Of a stretch of 50,414 nucleotides of DNA, positions 33,360 to 43,332 are shown one piece after another. Source of the DNA: Stramenopiles sp. TOSAG23-2 (lineage: Eukaryota); NCBI GenBank assembly GCA_900128395.1, contig LT649268.1, forward strand, positions 1 through 50,414, in the 5' to 3' direction. The position numbers and the translations under genes were made by a program. Every line of letters starts with the position of its first letter. The first letter of the stretch is position 1. Under the pieces are notes generated by a model that saw only the letters and a program-made list of their open reading frames with translations, ran no database searches and was not told the origin of the DNA.

Positions 33360-33472
33360 ATTCAGATAGGAAAAAAAGTATACAAAATGGTCGTGCTATT
33401 CCACCACAATTTTGCCCTAAATTATGGTGGAATAGCACGACCATTTTGTATACTTTCACTACCTATCTGAAT
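33360..33472 (-). ncRNA. candidate hairpin RNA (pre-miRNA/siRNA-like inverted repeat)
   Basis: Perfect 32-bp arms 33375-33406/33425-33456, 11-bp outer stem, 5-bp inner stem, 6-nt loop. The repeat is certain; RNA status and strand are inferred. Confidence 0.5.
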
Positions 33473-34359
33473 AACAGGGGATTTCGACGAGGACTAGAAT
33501 ATGAGTATGAGTACGGTTAAGACGATGACTAGAATCTGGTTAAGGGAAAATAAACTTATATGATATTTGTTAAACACTAGAAACCGGATATTTAGTATAT
33601 TATTAATAATTATTTTTTTTTTTTCATTTTCATTTTTTTTATTAAATAATATGTACACAGCTATGTTTCCTATATGCTACTTATTATGGTCAAACAATAC
33701 CAAACCATCCTATCAAATTTCTCCTTTTCACGGATGGCATACTAGAGAGACTACATGACTGTTTACGGCGCACTTTTATACAGTGTTAGTTATATATATT
33801 GAGAGGGGGTGTTGATTAAACAACTTGCCGAACCCTCGTACGCTTTTTCCACGAAAGTAATAGATTATTAGATTATAAAGTTTATACATAAAAAACTCGA
33901 TTCCCATATCATATAAATATCATATAAATGTAAGAATTGATAGGTAATTAAAAATGGGGAGACGAAAGATATAGAAGCAAATATATTATTTTACTATGAA
34001 AGAAATATACTAAATATATATAATAACAATAAAACCAAGATTACTTAAATTTGGAGATAGTTGTTAGCATTATTCAAATAGGAACACAGTTATTTTGACA
34101 CCCATTAACGCTTCGGGACAGGGGATATATTCTTTTACTATAGAGATACTATATAGCATCATCACGCGCGCGTCTAACCCATTACTGTTCTACCTGTAGC
34201 ACTGTAATATACAATTGTATATCTTTTTACAGCAATGTAAGTTAAATGATAGAAAGTAGAAATATATACAAACCTCCTACCCCATCATATATCGTATATG
34301 CCATCCGTTTCATAAAAGAAAGATTCTCTTTGGATTAAAAAATCATTGTATATTCATCA

Positions 34360-36543
34360 ATGATAAGAACAGTTAGAAGCTATCGCAAAACTGCACTTGT
34401 GAAAACAAATGAAGGGCAAATACGAGGTATAAGAACAAATGTTGAAATACCAACGTTTAATAATATTTCAAATGACAATACGAATAATAATATTATTACT
34501 TCTTCAAGAAGAATATTAAATAAAAGATCCATTACCATCTACGCTAATAATACAAATGATAAACACAACGTCTCAATATATCAATTTTTAAAGATTCCAT
34601 ATGCAATACAACCAAAACGATGGGAATATGCAAAGTATCCACCTAAAAAATACAATAATACGTATGATGCTACAAAAACAAAATTGCCCTCAAGTGCTCA
34701 AAGTTTAGATAATAATAATGCATTGTTTCAAACCCAGCAGATTTTATCGTATGCAGGTGAAAAATCGCGTGGAAATAATATGAACAAAACGATAAGTAGT
34801 GAAATCCTTCAAGAGGATTGTTTGTATTTAAATGTGTATGTTCCTGAAAAAAAGTTGAAAACAAATAAAAATACTCGATTTTCTGACGATAATAATAATG
34901 CTGGAGGGAAATTTAAAGCTGCTAGCAGAATATTGCAAAGATTAAAAAAAGATGGGGGAAATAATAGCAACAAGAAGAATAACAGTAATACGAATGAACC
35001 TTTGGCACCAGTTATGGTATATTTTCATTCTGATTTCAATTATCAAAATGGATTTTCTAATGTGCAAAATGTAAATAATCTCATTGCATCAAACAATGAT
35101 TGTATCATAGTCACACCATCGTATCGGCTAGGTATCTTTGGTTTTTTTGTGCATTCAAATATTCGACATACATATGGTAGTGCTAACAATAGCGAAGCTA
35201 CTACTCAAGGTAATTATGGTTTAGTAGATCAAATATTAGCATTGAAATGGGTCAATGATAATATTGAACACTTTGGTGGGGATCGAAGTAATATCACTAT
35301 TTGTGGATCAAAATCTGGTGGTTCATCAGTTTTGCATTTAATGTCCATACCATCTGCAAGAATGTTATTTCACAAAGCTATTTCTTTCTCTAGCTCTGCG
35401 TTGAATGTCAATCAAAACTATAATTTAAATATTGCTATACAACGCAGTATGAAATTTATCAAATTTGCAGTTGGTAATGATGTTGATGGGAACGTTTCTT
35501 TAGATACATTAAGGAATATGCCAACATTACGCTTATTACGGCTTATTGATCAATACAATCATAATGGTGACCCAATTCATTTTCTGCCGGTAGTTGATGG
35601 CGTGATTCGGTTGATATCAACTATAAAAGCCATTTCGTCCAAATCATCGCGGCATGATGTATTTTCAAATGTACCTTTACTAATTGGTTTTGCTTCTAAT
35701 GATGGTATCTTCTATCAAAAAATGAATATAAAACCTTCCCATGCTGCTGTGGGTAATAGTAACAACAAAGCGTTTACATATAATATAAAAACAGAAAAAG
35801 ATTTCCAAGAAATGGTACCTAAAATATACAACGACAGTGAAAATGATGTAATAATGTATTATGACATCAATGAAGATGAGCCAACTAAAACGTTAAAAAG
35901 GACTTTAGAATTGATGTATACGGATAGTTATTTTGGTTCCCAATCAGAATGGATCGCCAAAGAATTGTCTATACGTAATCATCCTGTATTTACATATTTA
36001 TTTAATCGTGAGCCGTCGCCAAACAAATCGTTGGGAAAACGCTTAGGTGCATTTTCTGGTTCAGATTTAGATTTTTGGTTTAATAGTACCAATATGCGTG
36101 GTGGAAATAAATTAGTTCATCCAATCGATAAACGTTTAACCAAATTGTTGCAAATATTTTTTTATAATTTTATGAAAACATCCAATCCTAATAAACCCAT
36201 TAAAACAGAAATTGTAAATCCAAATAGCGATAGTAATAATAAGAACGTTTATGAATGGGAACCTTTTATATTGGCAACACAAAAAACAATGTACTTTCAT
36301 CAAGTTGAGGATGGAGAAAGAGGTGTTCCAATTGATCATAAAAAGGTCTGCGAGATGTTGTATGATTGGAAACGCGTATATAGATACGGGCCACACATTC
36401 AATTATTGGAAAATATATTAGCAAAGGATGATGATAGTAATAAAAATATAATGGAATATGGTAAAGACAATTTTGAAGGGGGTGTAAGAAAAAACATGAT
36501 GGCAGCATTAGGTGATCATTTAAAACCAAAATCGAGGTTGTGA
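34360..36543 (+). CDS. type-B carboxylesterase-family pseudoenzyme with PTS1 (SRL)
   Basis: FLKIPYA, EDCLYLNVYVP, PVMVYFH, YRLGIFGF, GNYGLVDQILALKWV..NIEHFGGD..NITICG; GSKSG replaces GESAG; ends KPKSRL. Confidence 0.88.
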   Translation: MIRTVRSYRKTALVKTNEGQIRGIRTNVEIPTFNNISNDNTNNNIITSSRRILNKRSITIYANNTNDKHNVSIYQFLKIPYAIQPKRWEYAKYPPKKYNNTYDATKTKLPSSAQSLDNNNALFQTQQILSYAGEKSRGNNMNKTISSEILQEDCLYLNVYVPEKKLKTNKNTRFSDDNNNAGGKFKAASRILQRLKKDGGNNSNKKNNSNTNEPLAPVMVYFHSDFNYQNGFSNVQNVNNLIASNNDCIIVTPSYRLGIFGFFVHSNIRHTYGSANNSEATTQGNYGLVDQILALKWVNDNIEHFGGDRSNITICGSKSGGSSVLHLMSIPSARMLFHKAISFSSSALNVNQNYNLNIAIQRSMKFIKFAVGNDVDGNVSLDTLRNMPTLRLLRLIDQYNHNGDPIHFLPVVDGVIRLISTIKAISSKSSRHDVFSNVPLLIGFASNDGIFYQKMNIKPSHAAVGNSNNKAFTYNIKTEKDFQEMVPKIYNDSENDVIMYYDINEDEPTKTLKRTLELMYTDSYFGSQSEWIAKELSIRNHPVFTYLFNREPSPNKSLGKRLGAFSGSDLDFWFNSTNMRGGNKLVHPIDKRLTKLLQIFFYNFMKTSNPNKPIKTEIVNPNSDSNNKNVYEWEPFILATQKTMYFHQVEDGERGVPIDHKKVCEMLYDWKRVYRYGPHIQLLENILAKDDDSNKNIMEYGKDNFEGGVRKNMMAALGDHLKPKSRL

Positions 36544-37198
36544 ATAAAATCTCTTTAAATTTTATATAATATTTATTATGCGTAAATTAAATTATATAAT
36601 ATTTTATTTAAAAATAAAAATACGCGTATGCATGTACATTTAAATATTTTTTATAAAAAAAAACTACGGAAGTAGCAAATGGATGCAATAAATATTAATG
36701 TATATAGAAAATCTGTCAGTCCGCACCACGAAGCATATCCAGATGCAGTATATTCAAAACCTAAGACTGGATATTTCAATGTTGGTAATTCATTGTTACG
36801 ACACCATTCATCGTGTTTTCCAGTAAAACAACGATACATAGTTGAATTTAACACATCCGCATTTTCATTCTTCGGTACACGAGCCGCTCCGTTTTATGAT
36901 CGAGTACCTGTGCTCCTCGTCGTCGAAAAAAAAATTTTTAATTATGGTAGTCTGGTAGCTGGTATGTAGTACTAGCAACACTACTAAATTTAATAAAAAA
37001 TAATAATAATAATAGTTGCAATAGTCTAATAATTTTTTATGAAAAAAAGAAATTGATGTACATCTCTCTCATACACACACACGTATAATGTATATGTAAC
37101 ATCCATATAACAACAATATAACCCCCAAGACAACAATATCAACAATAGTACGTACATATAAATATCCTGTGCTATTATACGTTTACAACATTTGATTG

Positions 37199-39811
37199 AT
37201 GTTTTCAAATGCATTTAGTGCATTGAAAAATGCAGCATCTGCCATTTTAGTAGAAGTTGCACCACCTCCGAATACTTCAGCATTAGATGATTTAATGCAT
37301 TATTGGAAACTTGTAAAGCAGGAACATCAACATTTAGTACAAACCTCGTCAAAGGAAGGGTTTGATAATGAAGTGGAAACATTAAAAGATAGTACGATTA
37401 GAGAAAATTTAGAAAATATAGTAACAATACTAAGAAATGAAAACGATGGCATCGATACATATTTATCAACTAAGAAAAAAAAGCAAGTAGAAGAGAAAAA
37501 GAGAAAAGATCGAAATCAATATCCTTGTATTCAATATGTTATTGAGGAACGTATTTTAGAAATATTATGTGCTATGGCATTGGCAGATCATCCACCTGGA
37601 ATGATGGCATTGGTATTGCAAACAACACGGTTGTTATTATTTCATATTACACAGCAACAATTGCTATTTCATGTTAGTGTACATCGGCCATTATGCCATA
37701 TGATACAGGTATGCATGGCAGCTAGGAAAGGTTTAGGAAGTAGTAATTCAAGAGGTAATCGAAGTGGTGGAGGGACAAGTGGTGGTGTTAGTGTACGTGC
37801 CCAGGCAAGTTTGGTTGCATTATTGGAGGAAATATGGAAACAAGTAGAAAAAGATCCAACGTTAATACATGTATTTTTTGATTATGGTAGAGAAGGATTA
37901 TCACAAGAGCAACAAGTAGCATTTGATAAAAAACGACATCATCATTTATTAATTTTTGCAGCTTTGATACCATATATGCATGTTAAACGACAAAGTGGTG
38001 ATCGTGCAAGGAATGCATTGATGGCTGCTGTTGGTATTCGAGATGTAAAATTGCATGAATATATGCTTCATCGCAGTGTTTTTTGTCGCCGTGTAGCGGA
38101 TGGATTATCATCTGCATATGCGGCATTGCCAAATTCATTGGAAAGTCATAGTGATGATCAAGATCGTGCAGCTCTCACTGCGTTGGAAGAATTTAAAAGG
38201 CGTTTAGCATTTGCACGCGATTTATGTTTAAAATGTGATGAGGAAAGTATGAATAGTAATAATAATAATAACATTAACAATGGTGGTAGCGATAATAATA
38301 TTATTGGCAATGGTCTTGTAGAATCTATTATCCGTGAGATTAGAGAACGATTTTTTGAAGATCGCTTATTGCCGGCATTGATGAGTGTATCTGAAAATGG
38401 ACAAACCGCTGCTACTGTATATACACATACAATGTTGCAAACTTTATGCCAAACCACACGACCTAGAAATCCATTATTAAGCGCATTTTTACATTGTTTG
38501 TTAGGTAATGATAATGATCCTGAAATTGATCCTTCCCTGCCATCACCTTCGCCAAAAAAGAAATCTATTACAGAATCGCAAGTGGGAGATTCAAAGGGAA
38601 GTAATTCAAAAAAGAAAATAAGAAAGAATAGTAGTAGTAATGGTAGTAATAGTATTGATATACGAACAGTTTTGATTCATCGCATAAGCTCACAAGCACA
38701 AAGTGTAAGTGAAGTGACAATGGAATTATTTAATTGTTTTTTAGAAGTTGGTGGAAGTTATGTTTTGCATAATTTAGTCATTCGAAACATGTTGAATTTC
38801 AAACTCGACATTGGGAATAGCAATAGTAATGATAAAACAATAGCAAATCATAATGATGATAATAACGATGGATCATCATCATTATTAAATTCAAAAAATC
38901 CAACGAAAAGTTTTTTAAATGTATTTCCAGATCCACCTTTACCACCTAAGTCAAAAGATGATAATAATGATGATGATGGAGACTTAATAAGTTTTAGTGA
39001 CAATAATAATAATCAGGATGAGGAGGACGAAGATTTAGTATTTCCTGAGTACCTAACAGATGCACATAAACAATATGTCTCTAGGATGGCACAATATTGG
39101 TCTGTTTCCAGTCATAGTGCACTAATGGATAATTTTTCCGGAAGTTTATCCTCACCTAATAAATCAAAATTGACAAATAGTAGTAGTGGTATTACTGGAA
39201 TCATAACAACACCAACTAATTTAAAAGTGAAAGATGGAGAAATCGATGGTACAAATAATAATAATAATGCAACAACAACTCCTATAAAAAATCCTGTATT
39301 TTATGAAGGTTTATTTTTGACAACTTTACTAGATAAACTAGAATCTATGTTGGATCATTCTTTAGATGAAAATTTAGTATTAACTGGACTTTGGTCTCAA
39401 TTGGCACAATGTCCACATCCACGCGTATACCATTATCTATTTAGTATCAAAAAAAGTGAAGGTAAAAGCAACAATGACGATGATGGTGCCAATACTAGAT
39501 CTTTCCTTGGTGTACTCCAAAGCTTATGGTCGGAAGCTCAAGAGACATTAAGCAAAATTCCAGATGGTGAAAATATTTTGATAAATACACGGAAACGTTT
39601 AGGAATTAATATGGATGAAAATAGAAAAAATCAAGATCTAGATGAAGATGGTTATATAATCCAAGATTATGATAATGAAGTTAATGATGACGATGATATT
39701 ACCAACATGAGTAATAAAACTTTTTTTGAAGGTATGTGTGTTCTTGAAGAATTTTTAAAGGAGATTGCTGGAATCTTAAAGGCAAGGGAAGAGTTGAATA
39801 TGTTGACGTAA
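37199..39811 (+). CDS. FAM160: FHIP/FAM160 (RAI16-like) FTS-Hook-interacting protein
   Basis: CIQYVIEERILEILC..ADHPPGM, VHRPL, FYEGLFL..L.DKLE.M.....ENLVLTGL.SQLA..PHP, VLEEFLKEIA. Confidence 0.88.
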   Translation: MFSNAFSALKNAASAILVEVAPPPNTSALDDLMHYWKLVKQEHQHLVQTSSKEGFDNEVETLKDSTIRENLENIVTILRNENDGIDTYLSTKKKKQVEEKKRKDRNQYPCIQYVIEERILEILCAMALADHPPGMMALVLQTTRLLLFHITQQQLLFHVSVHRPLCHMIQVCMAARKGLGSSNSRGNRSGGGTSGGVSVRAQASLVALLEEIWKQVEKDPTLIHVFFDYGREGLSQEQQVAFDKKRHHHLLIFAALIPYMHVKRQSGDRARNALMAAVGIRDVKLHEYMLHRSVFCRRVADGLSSAYAALPNSLESHSDDQDRAALTALEEFKRRLAFARDLCLKCDEESMNSNNNNNINNGGSDNNIIGNGLVESIIREIRERFFEDRLLPALMSVSENGQTAATVYTHTMLQTLCQTTRPRNPLLSAFLHCLLGNDNDPEIDPSLPSPSPKKKSITESQVGDSKGSNSKKKIRKNSSSNGSNSIDIRTVLIHRISSQAQSVSEVTMELFNCFLEVGGSYVLHNLVIRNMLNFKLDIGNSNSNDKTIANHNDDNNDGSSSLLNSKNPTKSFLNVFPDPPLPPKSKDDNNDDDGDLISFSDNNNNQDEEDEDLVFPEYLTDAHKQYVSRMAQYWSVSSHSALMDNFSGSLSSPNKSKLTNSSSGITGIITTPTNLKVKDGEIDGTNNNNNATTTPIKNPVFYEGLFLTTLLDKLESMLDHSLDENLVLTGLWSQLAQCPHPRVYHYLFSIKKSEGKSNNDDDGANTRSFLGVLQSLWSEAQETLSKIPDGENILINTRKRLGINMDENRKNQDLDEDGYIIQDYDNEVNDDDDITNMSNKTFFEGMCVLEEFLKEIAGILKAREELNMLT

Positions 39812-39981
39812 ATAATTTTATACGTACGTTTTTCGTATCGTAAAAACTAATGAGATAAATATAATAATATTACGTATAGATTCTATATAGGGAGTTAATG
39901 CAGAACACTTATACTGTTTCGTATTATATAATATATATATATATATTATATATATATATATATTATATATTGTACACGTAT

Positions 39982-40683
39982 TCACTCTTTTATTGCTGCT
40001 ACTACAGTTATACCATCACCAGCAATATTCTTCTTCTTCTTCTTCTTAGCAATATCATTATTGCTTCCATTCTTATTATTATTTAATAGTTCTAATAGTG
40101 CTCTATTTTCTGATACTCGATTTTCCCAACAAAAATTTAAATATTTTATCCCATAATATTGTATGATACTAAACGGAACAACAAATGGCTTTGTTACTTT
40201 AATAATAACATGGTACTTTATACATCCATTTGGCATTAATGTATAGGTACCTAATTCATGAAAGGTTCCAAATTTTAATAAGTTTGCATTTTTATTTTGT
40301 ATCGTCAATATATTATTTTCTATGTCATTGCATACTTCAACCTCACCTAATAATTGTTTCACCCTAGTAACGGTTCCTATTATTTTTGGAACTTGCCAAC
40401 TCATTTTTATTTCTATTTTTCGTTCGGTGTTTACAACTATATCCTTAGTGAATCCATTTAAAACGTTACGATTGACTATTTCATCCATTATATATTTATT
40501 TACATTAATATTTTTTATCTTATTATCATACAAAAAAGTAAATTCTCCACATAAAGTTTTCTTCCCATTATCGTTGGTTTCATAATATATCTTATATTCC
40601 ATCCGCTTATTATTTGACAAATTTTCCACTGAATTTATTCGATTTGGTGATGGAGCAGTATTTACCGTCGTTAATGATGCCAT
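39982..40683 (-). CDS. PRELI/START-like lipid-transfer domain protein (tentative)
   Basis: VPKIIG..VEV..DIENNILTIQNKNANLLKFGTFHELGTYT..IIQYYGIKYL resembles the PRELI/MSF1 strand pattern. Confidence 0.5.
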   Translation of the reverse strand: MASLTTVNTAPSPNRINSVENLSNNKRMEYKIYYETNDNGKKTLCGEFTFLYDNKIKNINVNKYIMDEIVNRNVLNGFTKDIVVNTERKIEIKMSWQVPKIIGTVTRVKQLLGEVEVCNDIENNILTIQNKNANLLKFGTFHELGTYTLMPNGCIKYHVIIKVTKPFVVPFSIIQYYGIKYLNFCWENRVSENRALLELLNNNKNGSNNDIAKKKKKKNIAGDGITVVAAIKE

Positions 40684-41065
40684 CTTTGTATCTATCTATA
40701 ATATTGTTTTTTCCACATTCATTCTATTCTTTTGTTTTACCTTGTTATCTTTCCTCGTATCTTATTATACCGTATATATAAGTTAAAAAGTGTTGTTGTT
40801 TTAGTTGTTTAGTTGGAGGATGATTGGCAACAAATGCGTTTATTTTAATCGGAAATTTTTATAAATTCTAGGTCAGTTCAGAGGGAAGAAATGAATTTTC
40901 GGTAATATAAATAATACACAACATTTTTTTTTTGTTTGCAAAAAAAAATCTACTAATTAATAATACAATTATACAAAAAGATACAAACTTTCTCTCTGTG
41001 TCATCGTGTCTATCTATATATATGTATATATGTATTGTATATATATGTGTGCATATGAAAAAAAT

Positions 41066-41827
41066 ATGGCAGGTTTATGGAGAATTACAAAAGATGCAGT
41101 AGAATTATTAAGTGAACAGGTCGTGACGGGGAATAATGCGGTTGATTTAGCGAAGGTAGCTTCTATACAGGCAATGGCTATTTTTAATGATAATCAAGGT
41201 TGGGTTAGACATGTGATAAATAAAACCGGTGATATTATAGAAACAAAACCGGTAGGTGGTGTATTTGAATCTGCGGGCACTTCTATATCACGAGGTTTTA
41301 TAGACATTGACATGGATGCAGATAAGCTTTTCACATTTTTTATTTCTCCGGAAGGGTATGGCCTAATAGATCCTGATAGTAGACCAGAGGAACAAGCTAA
41401 ATATTTACAACGTTTTGAAGGATTTAAACAGAATATACCTGGTGCAAAGCTTGAAGTTGCCAATTCATTTTTACAACTACCAATTGTTATGAAAAAAGAG
41501 ACGAAAGATCGCGAATATGTAATTTTAAATATGCATGATCCTTCAAGAAGGCTTTTTACATCTAATTCAATGTTACATACCAGTCGTCCAGGTGGTAGCT
41601 CCTTTCAAAATATCGTACCAGAATCAAAAGAAACGACGCGTATTTTAAATACGTTTGCATTGCATTGTGTTCCGACAGGGCCAAATAAATGTAGAGTATC
41701 TACGACGAGTTGGACAGATGTGGCAACAGGGAATGCGAAGTTAGAAGACGGATTAATACAGGGATGGTGGGCTCCATACTTCGAACGCTTGCGGAAATTA
41801 GCAGAATCAACCAGAAGTACTTTATAA
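41066..41827 (+). CDS. START-like lipid-binding protein, ends in STL
   Basis: QGWV.., SRGFIDIDMDADKLF, KDREYV, SNSMLH..RP, TGPNKCRVST..WTD; ATG at 41066 after a (TA)n tract. Confidence 0.72.
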   Translation: MAGLWRITKDAVELLSEQVVTGNNAVDLAKVASIQAMAIFNDNQGWVRHVINKTGDIIETKPVGGVFESAGTSISRGFIDIDMDADKLFTFFISPEGYGLIDPDSRPEEQAKYLQRFEGFKQNIPGAKLEVANSFLQLPIVMKKETKDREYVILNMHDPSRRLFTSNSMLHTSRPGGSSFQNIVPESKETTRILNTFALHCVPTGPNKCRVSTTSWTDVATGNAKLEDGLIQGWWAPYFERLRKLAESTRSTL

Positions 41828-41972
41828 TTTTTGTAAAATATACACTCTATAGGATAATTTTTTTTTGATTTTTTTAAATTTTGGAAAAAAAAAATCAGTT
41901 TTTACACACACATCAATTCGCACCATTTCTTCTTTAAAATAAAAATAATGCTTCTATCATACCCAATATATT

Positions 41973-42782
41973 TTACCTTGCAAAATTTCGTCCCAATGCA
42001 TCTGCAAGTCTTGTTAGAGTTTTTTCATCGTTTTCTGTAAATCGACCACCAACTAATTTATTATGCAATGCAACGCAACCAAGGGGGCGACCCATCAGAT
42101 CTCCAATTTTTACGCACATGAATGAATTTGTTTTACTATCTTCATCTTTATCGTGCTTTTGATTTTTTTGCGCATCTTGTATATTGATAGAATAACCTGA
42201 GAAACATACATTACCAACTGTACCTGTTCCAATTTCCATTTTTAATTTTTTGCCTGGATGTGCAAAACTTGTACTCTCAACAAATTTTTTATCTTTATCT
42301 AATATCCATAATCTCCCACCTTCGCAAGAGAATATGTTATCACACCAATCGTGTCTTATGTCTCTATCCATATCTTCTAAATGGCTAACGTGCTTCATTT
42401 TTTCTAGAGCCAATCGTACGGCTTTTTTCCTTCGCTTAGCTTCTCTTGGGGGTATACGTGTAACACGGTGGACTTTATGTGCATCGACGCCACTAGCAAT
42501 TTTTGCATCTACACGTTGATTCTTGAGACTAAAAAAAACACATTCAGAAAATTGTTTCATATCTTCTATTGTTTTATTGACCCGCTTTTCTGTTGCAACC
42601 TTTGCTTTTGCTGCACCTTTTGTACCAAGAATAGGAGATTTATGTAGTTTAACGTTTTTTGGACTGGCTTGAAACCAATCAGGAATAGTATTACCGTGCC
42701 TTTTAAATTTTTTACTATCATAACTTTGATGGTGATGATGGGGTGAGGATGGAGGAGTCTTTTTAAATATATTCGTTGTCAT
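41973..42782 (-). CDS. GAF domain protein
   Basis: SCEGGRLWILD..IGTGTVGNV..G.SINIQDA..TNSFMCV.I....GRPLGCVALHNK..GGRFTENDEKTL. Confidence 0.88.
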   Translation of the reverse strand: MTTNIFKKTPPSSPHHHHQSYDSKKFKRHGNTIPDWFQASPKNVKLHKSPILGTKGAAKAKVATEKRVNKTIEDMKQFSECVFFSLKNQRVDAKIASGVDAHKVHRVTRIPPREAKRRKKAVRLALEKMKHVSHLEDMDRDIRHDWCDNIFSCEGGRLWILDKDKKFVESTSFAHPGKKLKMEIGTGTVGNVCFSGYSINIQDAQKNQKHDKDEDSKTNSFMCVKIGDLMGRPLGCVALHNKLVGGRFTENDEKTLTRLADALGRNFAR

Positions 42783-43016
42783 CTTCTTATTTAAGTTTTC
42801 ATATTACATTCAATCATTGCAAGGTATCAATTTACAAGTTTCTATAGCTTTATTTGACTTTACTTTGCTTAGCAGTATCTATTGTATCGTATACAAGCTG
42901 GTATGAATGTTTCTTTATGTAGACTACTATACTCGATGTTGTAAAATTAAACTATATACACTTTTACTTCCTGGTGGTATTAATAGTTGTATTATTAGTA
43001 GTAGTTCAGTTTTCCT

Positions 43017-43199
43017 TACCAGGTATTGTATAATAATAATATTACCAGGTAATTATGATGGTGAAAAGTCTGAAATTTATTTTTTTTCCTTCATTTTTTA
43101 TCCGCTATATTTTAAGATTGCAATAGCATCAACACAGCACTATCTGGGGATATAATATACTCTAAAATACAATAAAAAATTATATGCCAGTACCAGGTA
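43017..43199. promoter_or_regulatory. cluster of three TACCAGGTA sites in GAF/Ank-FN3 divergent promoter
   Basis: Copies at 43017, 43043, 43191; the same motif recurs in other intergenic regions. Confidence 0.55.
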
Positions 43200-43332
43200 C
43201 CATGGAGTTATAATTATAATATAATAAATATATACAATGCCTGGAATGTATAATTTCAATAATATTAGAAATAACATACACATATATATATGTAAACAAT
43301 CTGGAAAGTATAGAAAAGGACGAAACCACAAG

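Noticed and set aside
33415..33421. CCCTAAA in the hairpin loop as telomerase RNA template
   Set aside because: Only one repeat unit, no alignment extension, and partly base-paired.
33741..33975. Group I intron R-like AGAGACTACATG and S-like AAGATATAG
   Set aside because: The S-like copy lacks TAGTC so P7 cannot form, and there is no host gene.
36679..36969. 96-aa plus-strand ORF between esterase and FHIP
   Set aside because: No recognisable motif; cannot distinguish from UTR or promoter sequence.
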